Under the pieces are notes generated by a model. It searched no databases. It had not been told where the DNA came from and saw nothing but the letters and a program-made list of their open reading frames with translations. Both the position numbers and the translations under genes were made by a program. Shown here piece after piece: positions 29,414 to 38,466 of a stretch of 64,000 nt of DNA. The stretch lies in assembly GCA_043821285.1 (NCBI GenBank), contig JBDRCZ010000040.1, forward strand, positions 582-64,581. Direction: 5' to 3'. Origin of the DNA: Candidatus Omnitrophota bacterium. Its GTDB lineage: Bacteria > Omnitrophota > Gorgyraeia > B26-G9 > JBDRCZ01. Each line of letters opens with the position of its first letter. Positions within the stretch are counted from its first letter, which is position 1.

Positions 29414-30439
29414 TTATTTGGTAAGCTCCACTTCAAATATATCTCCCTGGCCAAGAATCTGTAAAACCGCGCAAAAGGGTTTTATAAAAATCAGCTCAAA
29501 CAATTTTCCGCAGATCAGTAGAGAGAACACTTTTTTGAATTTATTTTGACTGCGCTTATATCTGTCCTTTAGGCAGTTGCGGATGAGGCCGGGGCTGGAT
29601 CTTATTTTTATTCTTTTAATCTTAAGCCCGGTCTTTTTGCATAAAAGCGCCATTGTTTCTGGAGAAAAAATGTGCAGGTGCATTGGGCAGCCGTAAAAAT
29701 CCTCTTTAAACGCGTAAAAGGCAAAACTTTTCTGATTGGGGACTTCGATATATATACGGCCCTGGTCACTTAAGATGCGCTTTGCTTCCTCAAGAGATAA
29801 TACCGGGTCTTCAACATGCTCAAATACCTGATTAAACCGGATAACATCAAAATATTTATCCGGAAACTTCGCTTCCTCTAATGTCCCATGGAATGCCATG
29901 TCCACACGCTCTTTTGCCTCGTTATATAAAGATAACTCCTGTTCTACGCCATAAGTCTCCCAGCCCAATGCCTTCAAAATCGCTAAATACATTCCATTAT
30001 TACAGCCTACGTCTAAGAACCGGCCATTACCCTGATACGGCATGATGTTTTTTAGCGCAATAATCCGGCACGGCCAGACTAATATTTTCAGCCACAAGCT
30101 GTTTTTCAGCGGATAAAAGCGGTAATTCTTAAACAACTGCAGACTTAATTTATTTATCGGCAGGGTAAACCGCCATTTTTTCTTATTGAATCTTTTTAGA
30201 TCATGCGCGGAACTTGTAAAACGTTCCGACTTATAAAAAGACCGTTGTGTCTCTCTCTCCGGGGTTGGCTTAACAAAACAAAACCCGCACTCTAAACACT
30301 GCACCAGGTGAAATACCGGTGAGTCTACAGACAATTTTTTCGCAAATAAAATCCTGCTTTCTCCTGCCCCACACAACTTGCACGTATTTAAATAGGACGG
30401 TCTCTTTTTTTCGCTTTTTTCCATTTTAAATGACGACAT
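29414..30439 (-). CDS. Class I SAM-dependent methyltransferase with an N-terminal Cys4 zinc ribbon.
   Basis: CKLCGAGE...CLECGFCF, then FLDVGCNNGMYL (motif I) and FDVIRFNQVFEHVEDP (motif II-like). Confidence 0.8.
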   Translation of the reverse strand: MSSFKMEKSEKKRPSYLNTCKLCGAGESRILFAKKLSVDSPVFHLVQCLECGFCFVKPTPERETQRSFYKSERFTSSAHDLKRFNKKKWRFTLPINKLSLQLFKNYRFYPLKNSLWLKILVWPCRIIALKNIMPYQGNGRFLDVGCNNGMYLAILKALGWETYGVEQELSLYNEAKERVDMAFHGTLEEAKFPDKYFDVIRFNQVFEHVEDPVLSLEEAKRILSDQGRIYIEVPNQKSFAFYAFKEDFYGCPMHLHIFSPETMALLCKKTGLKIKRIKIRSSPGLIRNCLKDRYKRSQNKFKKVFSLLICGKLFELIFIKPFCAVLQILGQGDIFEVELTK

Positions 30440-30654
30440 AAGTTACAGTGCAGAAAGCATTGTAACTGCATTGAGGTTTAGCGCTACGGCAAGATATCAT
30501 CACCGCGGTGAAAGGTAACACTCGTCGACGCAACGCATTGGCGGGGATGCTGCGTACCACTGCTTTTAAGCCGTGGGGGTCCGTTAAGAATCTGTGTTTC
30601 ATCCGTGGCTAAAAAATATTTAAACTACGCGAAGATCACCTTAGCTGTATTTGG

Positions 30655-31896
30655 TCACCAGTGTTTATAGGTCTTCTTCCGGCCATAGTTCTGGCGACGG
30701 ATAGTTCTCTTGCCATAGAAACGTCTGCTCTGCCAGGTTTTGTTCTGCTGAACAAATTTTTCCTGCGGGAATTCCGGGTGTGCGGATATCGGGAGTGCGG
30801 TCTTGATAAGTTTTTCTATGCTGCGAACATCCTTACCCTGTTCAGGTGTGGCAAATGATATGGCGCGGCCTGCGTGCCCGGCACGGCCGGTACGGCCAAT
30901 GCGGTGTACATAATCTTCCGCGTTTTCCGGTATATCGTAATTTATGACCAGCTCAATACCCACAACATCAATCCCTCTTGAGGCAATATCTGTAGCAACC
31001 AATATCCGGTATTTCCCGGACTTAAATCCTTCCAGCGCTTCCCGGCGCTGTGATAGTGAACGGTCAGAGTGGATTTCTGCTGCCCGCTGCCTTATTGCGC
31101 GCAGATGGCGGGTAATTTTACGCGCCCCGATTTTTGTGCGGGAGAATAAGAGTACCGGGCCGTGATATTTTTCCAGAATTTTAGCAAGCAATTCATTTTT
31201 TGATTCTTTTTTTACAATAAACAGCTCCTGCACAATCCGCTCCGCGGTTGTACCGGACGGTGCCACTTCAATATTAATCGGCAGTTTCATATAGCGGGTA
31301 GCAATTCGCATCACTTCTTCCGGGATGGTGGCGGAAAAAAGCATGGTCTGCCGGTTTTTTGGAACAGCTTTTAATATCTTTTCTATCTGCGGCAGAAATC
31401 CCATATCTAACATGCGGTCTGCTTCATCTAAAACCAAAACATCAATATTTGACAAAAAAACTGTTTTGCGTTCCAGGTGGTCAACCAAGCGGCCGGGAGT
31501 AGCAATAATAATCCGCGGATTTCTGCGCAGTGCCTGGAGCTGCCGCGGCATTGGCGCGCCACCGATAATAACCACTGTTTTTATCCCAAACAGATATGCG
31601 AGTTTTTGAAAAGCCTCATTTACCTGTGTGGCCAGTTCACGGGTTGGTACCAGCACTAAACATTTAGTTCTCGTCTGTGCGAGATGCTGTATTATAGGGA
31701 TGGCAAAGGCAAGTGTCTTACCGGTGCCAGTTTGCGCTACCCCAATAACATCTTTTTTTTCAATGGCAATAGGAATTGCCTTATGCTGTATTGGCGTAGG
31801 GGTAATAAATTTCATGCGGTCTAAGGCTTGCAGTATTACGGGAGCAATACCCAGCCCGTCAAAGGAACTATGTGGATAGTGTGGAATATGCGTCAT
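30655..31896 (-). CDS. DEAD-box ATP-dependent RNA helicase (RhlE/DeaD-like) with a basic C-terminal tail.
   Basis: Motifs AQTGTGKT, PTRELA, DEAD, SAT and HRIGRTGRAG. The C-terminus is Arg/Lys-rich. Confidence 0.9.
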   Translation of the reverse strand: MTHIPHYPHSSFDGLGIAPVILQALDRMKFITPTPIQHKAIPIAIEKKDVIGVAQTGTGKTLAFAIPIIQHLAQTRTKCLVLVPTRELATQVNEAFQKLAYLFGIKTVVIIGGAPMPRQLQALRRNPRIIIATPGRLVDHLERKTVFLSNIDVLVLDEADRMLDMGFLPQIEKILKAVPKNRQTMLFSATIPEEVMRIATRYMKLPINIEVAPSGTTAERIVQELFIVKKESKNELLAKILEKYHGPVLLFSRTKIGARKITRHLRAIRQRAAEIHSDRSLSQRREALEGFKSGKYRILVATDIASRGIDVVGIELVINYDIPENAEDYVHRIGRTGRAGHAGRAISFATPEQGKDVRSIEKLIKTALPISAHPEFPQEKFVQQNKTWQSRRFYGKRTIRRQNYGRKKTYKHW

Positions 31897-32007
31897 AAAG
31901 GATTACTCTTATACAAATATCGTACGTTGAATATTTTGCTGGCGGATTTGCCAATTTGTTTTACTAATTGGCGAAATCTCGCCATAATTTTTGATTAACG
32001 AAAATTA

Positions 32008-32101
32008 TGGCGGAGAGGCCGGGATTTGAACCCGGGAGCCCGGTTTGATCCAGGCTAACCGCTTAGCAGGCGGTTGCTTTCAGCCACTCAGCCACCTCTC
32101 C
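32008..32101 (-). tRNA. tRNA-Ser (anticodon GCU), class II with a long variable arm.
   Basis: The reverse complement folds as a cloverleaf. Acceptor stem GGAGAGG/CCTCTCC. Anticodon arm ACCGC-CTGCTAA-GCGGT. T-arm CCGGG-TTCAAAT-CCCGG. About 22-nt variable arm. 3' end is an encoded CCA. Confidence 0.85.
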
Positions 32102-32164
32102 TCAATTCGCACAGATGATTTACGCAACACTGCGTGTTTCGTAAATCATCTGTGTTTGTTACAA

Positions 32165-32632
32165 TCAGTGTCCAGCCCTTTTCCCCTTAAAAAACTCACT
32201 CAAAATCAATCCGCATTCTTTTTCAAGCAAACCGTTTATTACCTTTATGTGGTGGTTTAGTCGTTTGTCATCGACAATATTATAAAGCGAACCGCAGGCC
32301 CCGGTTTTTGGATCTTTTGCACCAAAACATAACTCTTTTACCCGCGCCAGTACCATTGCTCCGGCGCACATCGTGCAGGGTTCAATTGTAACATAAATAC
32401 GCACATCTATCAACCGTTCTGATTGTAAAAACGCCGCAGCCTGAGTAAGCGCAATCATCTCAGCATGGGCCGTCGGGTCCTTTAACAGCTTCATCTGATT
32501 ATGCGCGCGGGCAATAATTTTATCTTCATACACAATTACGCAGCCAACCGGTACCTCGTCCGCATCCACTGCCTTCTGCGCCTCTTTCAATGCCTGGCGC
32601 ATAAATAAATTATGTGTTTCTTCGGTTTTCAA
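32165..32632 (-). CDS. tadA: tRNA-specific adenosine deaminase.
   Basis: CDA-fold motifs HAEMIAL and PCTMCAGAM. Length 155 aa. Confidence 0.9.
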   Translation of the reverse strand: MKTEETHNLFMRQALKEAQKAVDADEVPVGCVIVYEDKIIARAHNQMKLLKDPTAHAEMIALTQAAAFLQSERLIDVRIYVTIEPCTMCAGAMVLARVKELCFGAKDPKTGACGSLYNIVDDKRLNHHIKVINGLLEKECGLILSEFFKGKRAGH

Positions 32633-34083
32633 TATTTTATCTCAGTTTTTCTCCCGCATTCTCCGCAACTTATTCTCTTTGCCATAAACGACGGGGAGAG
32701 CTGCAGTAATTTACCGCAGGAACAGGAAAAACTTTCCCAGCCTTTACTTTTTCTGGTATATACCTGCGGCGCTATATCTGTATCCGTGGTTTTTATTGTA
32801 TCTTGTTTAGCCTTTATTCCTTCTGCCGCGCTCACGGCCGTGATTGCTGCTTTGAGATTTGCCAAAGGCACAGCATGTTCATGCCCACAGCGGGGGCAGG
32901 ATATTTTTTCTCTGTTAAAATCAGGCGGGATTTTAATCTTCAGGCCGCAGACACATGCTAAAAACGCATACTTATTCACTGCCCGCATTAAATCCCCAAC
33001 ATCTCTTCTCTCCTTCTTTACCCCTTCTGCCTTTTGCTCTTCAATAGATGGCTCACGCACCATGATATTGTCAGAATCCTTCAATGCTGACAATGGCATA
33101 ATTACTGCTGATTTTCCTTTAACCTGCGCAAAAGCCTTTTGATAATTAACATAGTTTACTCCCTGACTAATACCCCGTAAAATTTGCACCCGTTCTTTAA
33201 TCGGCGGATGTGTACTAAAAAGACTACTTGCAGTTAAACTTTGCGCGGCCAAGGGATTTACAATATACATGGGCGCAGTTATTTTATTTGCTGATGATAA
33301 TTTAATATTTCCTGTAGAAATCTTCTCAAGCGCAGAGGCTAATCCTTCGGGGTATCTGGTCAGTCTAACTGCTGAGGCATCGGCCAAATATTCCCTTTTT
33401 CTGGACAAGGCAAAATAAAAAATCCGGGCAAGTATTGGTGATAATACGGCAAAAACAACTGCCACAAGCATGATAATTGCCTGCGCCTGGCCCCCGCTAC
33501 TGCCTGAACCTGAGCGGTACCTTCTGGACGAGCCCCGGGAATACCACAAACTCCTCAAAAATATCTCGGAAAGCATCACAATGCTTCCGAGCATGACCCC
33601 GGCAAATGTTACATACAAGACATCGCGGTTTATAATATGCGACATCTCATGCGCAACAACCCCCTGCAGCTCATCGCGGTTAAGCCGGCTAAGCAACCCT
33701 GCGGTTACGGCAATAGAACTGTTTTCCGGGGTTTTACCGGTAGCAAATGCATTTGGTGCAAGATCATCAATAATATAGATGTTCGGCATTGCTGGAAGGC
33801 TTGCCGCTATTTTCATCTCCTCAACAATATTAAACAACTGCGGGTGGACGTCATAAGAAACCTTTTTCGCCCCACTGGAATAGAGAATAATGGAATCGCC
33901 GGCACTATAACTTACAAACGCCAGAAAAACCCAGAGGAATAAAGCAATAATAACGCCACCGGCTCCACCATCCGGAGGAAACCATGCCGCACCAATAACA
34001 AAGCCCAGCAAAACCAGGCAAAGCCCCATGCTGATAAAAATAATCCAAGACTTCCTTTTATTTTCCTCAATCAACTCCCACAT
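32629..34083 (-). CDS. htpX: M48-family zinc metalloprotease (HtpX-like) with N-terminal TM helices and two C-terminal Cys4 zinc ribbons.
   Basis: HEMSHI zinc-binding motif. Hydrophobic N-terminus. C-terminal pairs CxxC...CxxC (CVCGLK...CPRCG and CSCGKL...CGECG). Confidence 0.75.
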   Translation of the reverse strand: MWELIEENKRKSWIIFISMGLCLVLLGFVIGAAWFPPDGGAGGVIIALFLWVFLAFVSYSAGDSIILYSSGAKKVSYDVHPQLFNIVEEMKIAASLPAMPNIYIIDDLAPNAFATGKTPENSSIAVTAGLLSRLNRDELQGVVAHEMSHIINRDVLYVTFAGVMLGSIVMLSEIFLRSLWYSRGSSRRYRSGSGSSGGQAQAIIMLVAVVFAVLSPILARIFYFALSRKREYLADASAVRLTRYPEGLASALEKISTGNIKLSSANKITAPMYIVNPLAAQSLTASSLFSTHPPIKERVQILRGISQGVNYVNYQKAFAQVKGKSAVIMPLSALKDSDNIMVREPSIEEQKAEGVKKERRDVGDLMRAVNKYAFLACVCGLKIKIPPDFNREKISCPRCGHEHAVPLANLKAAITAVSAAEGIKAKQDTIKTTDTDIAPQVYTRKSKGWESFSCSCGKLLQLSPSFMAKRISCGECGRKTEIKY

Positions 34084-34381
34084 AATTCATAATGCCTCGT
34101 AAAGACACAAAGCTTTTTTTACCACGAATAACACGAATTTACACGAATATTCATTAAACATGTAGAGCATGTAAAATTTACAGAATAAAACTCATATTTA
34201 AATTATTACCTAATTCGTGTTGATTTGTGCAATTTGTGGTTAAAGACTTTAGTTTCTCTTCTGTTGAAGAAATTCTAAACTCTACCCGCGAAATCAGCGG
34301 AGGCGGTTTTGTTTTTGACCGGCAACCGCCCGGAAAAACGCAACGCATTTTTCCATGCATGGATGGCCTACGGCCATCCAT

Positions 34382-35008
34382 TTAGAACTCAACCTTTGGA
34401 ACCTCTTTTTCCGCCTTATCTTCTATTTCAAAAAACTCTTCCGTTTTAAAATTGAACGACTGCGCAATCATATTCGAGGGAAACATCTGAGTTTTATTAT
34501 TAAATAAAAGCACCTGGTCATTATACGCCTGACGGGCAAAGGCTATTTTATTTTCCGTTGAAGTTAGTTCCTCCTGCATAGCGAGGAAATTTTTGTTTGC
34601 CTTTAGATCCGGGTAATTCTCCACTACCAAAAAAAACTTACCCATTGCCCCACTTAACGCACCTTCGGCTTTTGCCTTCGCACCAACACCTTCGGCACTC
34701 ATTGCCTGGCTTCTCGCCTTGGTAATATTTTCCAAAGTATCCCTTTCATGCCCCATATAACCTTTCACGGTCTCTATCAAATTCGGGATAAGGTCATGTC
34801 TTCTTTTCAACTGCACATCAATCTGCGCCCAGGCATTTTTAACCCGGTTACGCAAGGCAACAAGGGCATTATATATTCCGATAACATAAGCCACCGCAAT
34901 AACAACTAATACCAACAACCCAATCAAAACTATCATACCAACCTCCTTTATCCGCAGATGATCGCAGATATCAAAATGTCTAATTAAATCCCAACTAATT
35001 AATTCCAA
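34382..35008 (-). CDS. lemA: LemA family protein.
   Basis: N-terminal TM helix and conserved KRRHDLIPNL motif. 208 aa. Lies next to the HtpX-like gene, a common pairing. Confidence 0.85.
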   Translation of the reverse strand: MELISWDLIRHFDICDHLRIKEVGMIVLIGLLVLVVIAVAYVIGIYNALVALRNRVKNAWAQIDVQLKRRHDLIPNLIETVKGYMGHERDTLENITKARSQAMSAEGVGAKAKAEGALSGAMGKFFLVVENYPDLKANKNFLAMQEELTSTENKIAFARQAYNDQVLLFNNKTQMFPSNMIAQSFNFKTEEFFEIEDKAEKEVPKVEF

Positions 35009-35250
35009 ATGTCAAATGACAAAATCCAAATGAATCTCTAAATAACTCAATCTTTAAAATTCGTGCAATTTGTGCTATTTGTTGTTTAAAAAATAAGCAG
35101 TTAAAGTCTCCCCCCGTGTGCGCCGCGTCTCCGTGTGATAATTTCTTCCCTAATTTTTTAATTGGGATTTATTTAGGTCAATTCGTCATTATATTTTTCT
35201 ACCACCTAAGCATATATTTATCAGATAATCCTCTACTACAAAGGCAGTTA

Positions 35251-35772
35251 TTATCTAATCTCTTTAAACACAAGCTGTTCTATTCTACTGCGCCTGACCG
35301 CTCGTGGTTTTTCATCCGCATACCCAAAAGCCACCACTGCGGCCAATTCATACGAACGTGGCACATTTAACAATTTTGCTATCTTAGTCTTTTTATTCAA
35401 AATCTCCCCTAACCAGCAGCCACCCAAGCGCAAGTCAAAAATTCCCAGCATCATATTCTGTACGCATGCCCCAACTGCCTGCATATCCTTATCACGGTTA
35501 TAGCTATTCTTTTTATCCAAAAACACCGCAATAACACACGGCGCGCTATTTATCGTTTTTGCAGAATCAGTACAAGCAGCAATTTTTTGTTTTAAATCCG
35601 GATTAGAAACAACCACAAACCGCCAGGGCTGGTTATTCAAACCTGAAGGAGCCCACCGCCCGGCATTTAAGATCCGGGTAATTAACTCCAGACTTATTTT
35701 TTTATTTTTAAACCTTCTTACACTCCTGCGCTCAACAATCGCCTTATACACCTGCATTATTCTGCCCCTCAA
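35251..35772 (-). CDS. Nitroreductase-family protein.
   Basis: RRSVRRF and NNQPWRFVVV motifs. 173 aa. Confidence 0.8.
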   Translation of the reverse strand: MRGRIMQVYKAIVERRSVRRFKNKKISLELITRILNAGRWAPSGLNNQPWRFVVVSNPDLKQKIAACTDSAKTINSAPCVIAVFLDKKNSYNRDKDMQAVGACVQNMMLGIFDLRLGGCWLGEILNKKTKIAKLLNVPRSYELAAVVAFGYADEKPRAVRRSRIEQLVFKEIR

Positions 35773-35836
35773 AATTATTTTTTAGCCACGGATGAAACAC
35801 GGATTTTTAATAACAACATAACCTCTGAAGGCTGCT

Positions 35837-36235
35837 TTAGTTGCCTTCAGAGGTTATTGCAAACATATCCTTCAACATTGCCAAAATCTTATTATCCTTA
35901 TCCAGACCACCGAGCCGAATCATCTCATAAAGCTCCCCGCGATCAAACCACAGCCCATGATTATCGCGGCATTTATCAATAAGAATCTTCTTATCCCGTC
36001 CGCACAAAACCTTCTGCATTTTTTTTAAACAGATCGGGCATTTCTTCGGGGTTTCGGTTGTGGTTGTATCAACTTCAAAAGAACGAAGCAGCGCATCTTT
36101 ATCCACACTACTTTCCAAGAGCAGTTCCAACTCTCCGGCATCCAGCCAAATACCGCTACAGGACAAACAGTGGTCTATTTCCACCTCATCCAGCTCCAAA
36201 ACAACCATGGGCTCCCGACAAACCAAGCAATCCAT
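35837..36235 (-). CDS. Tandem zinc-ribbon (zf-TFIIB-like) protein.
   Basis: Two repeats of C-x2-C...C-x2-C followed by W-(L/F)-D-x-G-E-L. Confidence 0.55.
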   Translation of the reverse strand: MDCLVCREPMVVLELDEVEIDHCLSCSGIWLDAGELELLLESSVDKDALLRSFEVDTTTTETPKKCPICLKKMQKVLCGRDKKILIDKCRDNHGLWFDRGELYEMIRLGGLDKDNKILAMLKDMFAITSEGN

Positions 36236-36361
36236 ATATGTTACTCCTATAACCTGTTTTTAAATTATTAACTATTTACTGTTGGTAATTTGCTACGTGC
36301 TATTTTTGGCCCTGCTTATTTATATAACCCTTTGCTATCTGCTATTAGCCATATGCTATGC

Positions 36362-36438
36362 TGGCGCGCCCAGCAGGACTCGAACCTGCAACCCTCAGTT
36401 CCGTAGACTGATGCTCTATCCATTTGAGCCATGGGCGC
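36362..36438 (-). tRNA. tRNA-Arg (anticodon ACG).
   Basis: Acceptor stem GCGCCCA/TGGGCGC. Anticodon arm TCAGT-CTACGGA-ACTGA. T-arm GCAGG-TTCGAGT-CCTGC. 3' CCA encoded. Confidence 0.85.
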
Positions 36439-36724
36439 AATCAACGTCGTGTGTATCGAGTCGTGCGTACTGCGCAAACAAATGCATTTTTGTTTATGTT
36501 CAGACTCAATACTCACTACTCAATACATGATACGTTTTTGTATAACTTGTCATTATATCAGCTTTTGGGGGTGGTGTAAAGGGGGATATTAATTCCTTAT
36601 TTGCCTGTTTTTGCATATAGCGAGGTAATGCCTTAAGGGATAATATTAGATCTATCCACTAGTTATCCTTTTTTCTGTAAATAGCCATTTTATTGCTCCT
36701 TGCTATCTTGCAAATTATCTGCCG

Positions 36725-37149
36725 AAGGGGACGTTGATGAAAGTATGAATTTATGTACTTACCGCCTTCAATATATCCCTTTCTTCATTTATCTTACGCC
36801 CGGCTGCCATCGCTTTACTTACCGCGGTCTGCATTATCCCTAAATATTTTCCTAATTCTGTTACGGTTTTTCCCAAATACTCATAGCCTAAATAAATATA
36901 TGGTAATGATTGCTCATGATACACCAGGCATAGATAACCACCTGATGCTCTTTGAATATTTCTTTTAGGCATGTTTTAAAATTTTCCTTTTCTCTTTCTT
37001 CCTTAAATATAGCTTTGCCTTCTATCCCTCTCCCCATGATATGATGCAAAGCTCCCGGATAATCCAATCGTGCTTGTCTTGGCATACCTATATATTATCA
37101 TTTTCTTCCTCTCCTGTCAATACTTTCATACTTTCATCAACGTCCCCTT
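36725..37149. mobile_element. Decayed IS200/IS605-family (RAYT-like) element bracketed by perfect 25-bp inverted repeats, downstream of tRNA-Arg.
   Basis: aaggggacgttgatgaaagtatgaa at 36725-36749 is the reverse complement of ttcatactttcatcaacgtcccctt at 37125-37149. The interior encodes the transposase fragments listed next. Confidence 0.55.
36751..37085 (-). pseudogene. Frameshifted Y1 (HuH) transposase. The N-terminal fragment carries the HuH motif. The C-terminal fragment carries an HTH reminiscent of the DnaA C-terminal domain.
   Basis: ORF 36888..37085 reads MPRQARLDYPGALHHIMGRG...AWCIMSNHYHIFI, a HuH Y1 transposase N-terminus. ORF 36751..36972 is in another frame and reads ...LGKTVTELGKYLGIMQTAVSKAM. 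Together they are shorter than an intact TnpA. Confidence 0.55.
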
Positions 37150-37187
37150 GTCTTTGAAAAGGCTATTAAAAATAGTGTTTTCACGCA

Positions 37188-38318
37188 TTATTCAGGCTCA
37201 TCTGCGCTCAATAAGTCTTCCAACATCCTGCGGGCATTTTTACTAATATCACAACTGTTCCGCACAAAACTAACACCGTTTTCACCTAATCTTTTTCTTT
37301 CTTCCGGATGAAACAAGAGATACTCTAATTTCTGAATTAGTTCTTCTGTTGATTTTGGATTTACTAAAAACCCATTATAATTATCGATGACTACTTCTGG
37401 TATTCCGCCGACCGCCAGCCCTACTACCGGCTTGCCACAAGCCGATGCTTCTAAAGAAGAAAACGGCTGTCCCTCTTCACGTCCAAGGTAATTGCGTCCG
37501 GACATAACAAAAACATCACAAGCAGCATAATACCCAGGGGACTCTTGATGCGATACCCATCCGGTAAATACAACTTTTTCACCAATTTGTAATTTTCTGA
37601 CTTTTTCTTTTAATTCATTTTCATCTTCTCCGGTACCAACAATTAATAACCGCGCATTTTCAACTTGTTTAACAACATTAGAAAAGGCATCTATTACCAA
37701 ATCTATGCCTTTTATCGGATGCAGCCGTGATAAAGTCATAATCACCAGGTTGTTTTCTAAGGCATATTTTTTTCTGATAGAATTTCCGGAAATATCCGGG
37801 GAAAACATTTTGATATCCACGCCATGGGGAATGATTACGGTTTTATCGAAAAAATCTCCCGTGGATTGAACCTTAGAGTTTAAAAAAATACCCGGCGGAT
37901 AGATTTTTGTTGTTTGCCTAAATACCTGGCGTATGAGAAATCTGGTCTGCGGGCTTTTTAACCCGTCAATCACATCAAACCCGCTCACGGTCACCGCCCA
38001 TTTTATCTTTTTCCCAAATCCTGACAACAAAACCGCAACTCCTTCCGGTGACCAGCTAAGGCAATAAATTATATCAATAGCATATTCATTAACGACCTGG
38101 CGTATTTTACGGGAAAGAAGATATGCCTTATAAAGATAATGCCCGTTAAGTGGAACATGTACTCGTTTATACAAATCGTTTTCTCGCCCATGAACCGGGG
38201 TAAGCACCACAACCGAATGACCGTCCCGACACCACTGTTTAAGCAAAAAAAACATCTTGTTCTGCAATCCTCCCCCTTCCGGAGGGAATGTACTTGCAAT
38301 AATAAGTATCTTCATCAA
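37188..38318 (-). CDS. GT4-family glycosyltransferase.
   Basis: GT-B fold with an E-x7-E motif (EGQPFSSLEASACGKPVV). 376 aa. Confidence 0.85.
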   Translation of the reverse strand: MMKILIIASTFPPEGGGLQNKMFFLLKQWCRDGHSVVVLTPVHGRENDLYKRVHVPLNGHYLYKAYLLSRKIRQVVNEYAIDIIYCLSWSPEGVAVLLSGFGKKIKWAVTVSGFDVIDGLKSPQTRFLIRQVFRQTTKIYPPGIFLNSKVQSTGDFFDKTVIIPHGVDIKMFSPDISGNSIRKKYALENNLVIMTLSRLHPIKGIDLVIDAFSNVVKQVENARLLIVGTGEDENELKEKVRKLQIGEKVVFTGWVSHQESPGYYAACDVFVMSGRNYLGREEGQPFSSLEASACGKPVVGLAVGGIPEVVIDNYNGFLVNPKSTEELIQKLEYLLFHPEERKRLGENGVSFVRNSCDISKNARRMLEDLLSADEPE

Positions 38319-38466
38319 ATTAAATTATCGCCTTCGGCGTTAATTTGCCAACTACCTTTTCTTTGAAAAGAAAAGGTAGACCAAAAGAAAAAAAATAACC
38401 GTCCCTTTTAACACGGTACACAGTCAACCGTAAACGCTGCGACATACGATATACCATAATCTCCAT

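Noticed and set aside
29328-29549. The plus-strand 73-aa ORF overlapping the methyltransferase 3' end
   Set aside because: It is antisense to the methyltransferase C-terminus and starts inside the ATCCGTG repeat element. There is no support for it.
34178-34381. The 67-aa ORF between htpX-like and lemA
   Set aside because: It overlaps the conserved ATTYGTG/GTTAAAGACTTTAGTT regulatory repeat region. It has no ribosome-binding site and is low-complexity. It is likely non-coding.
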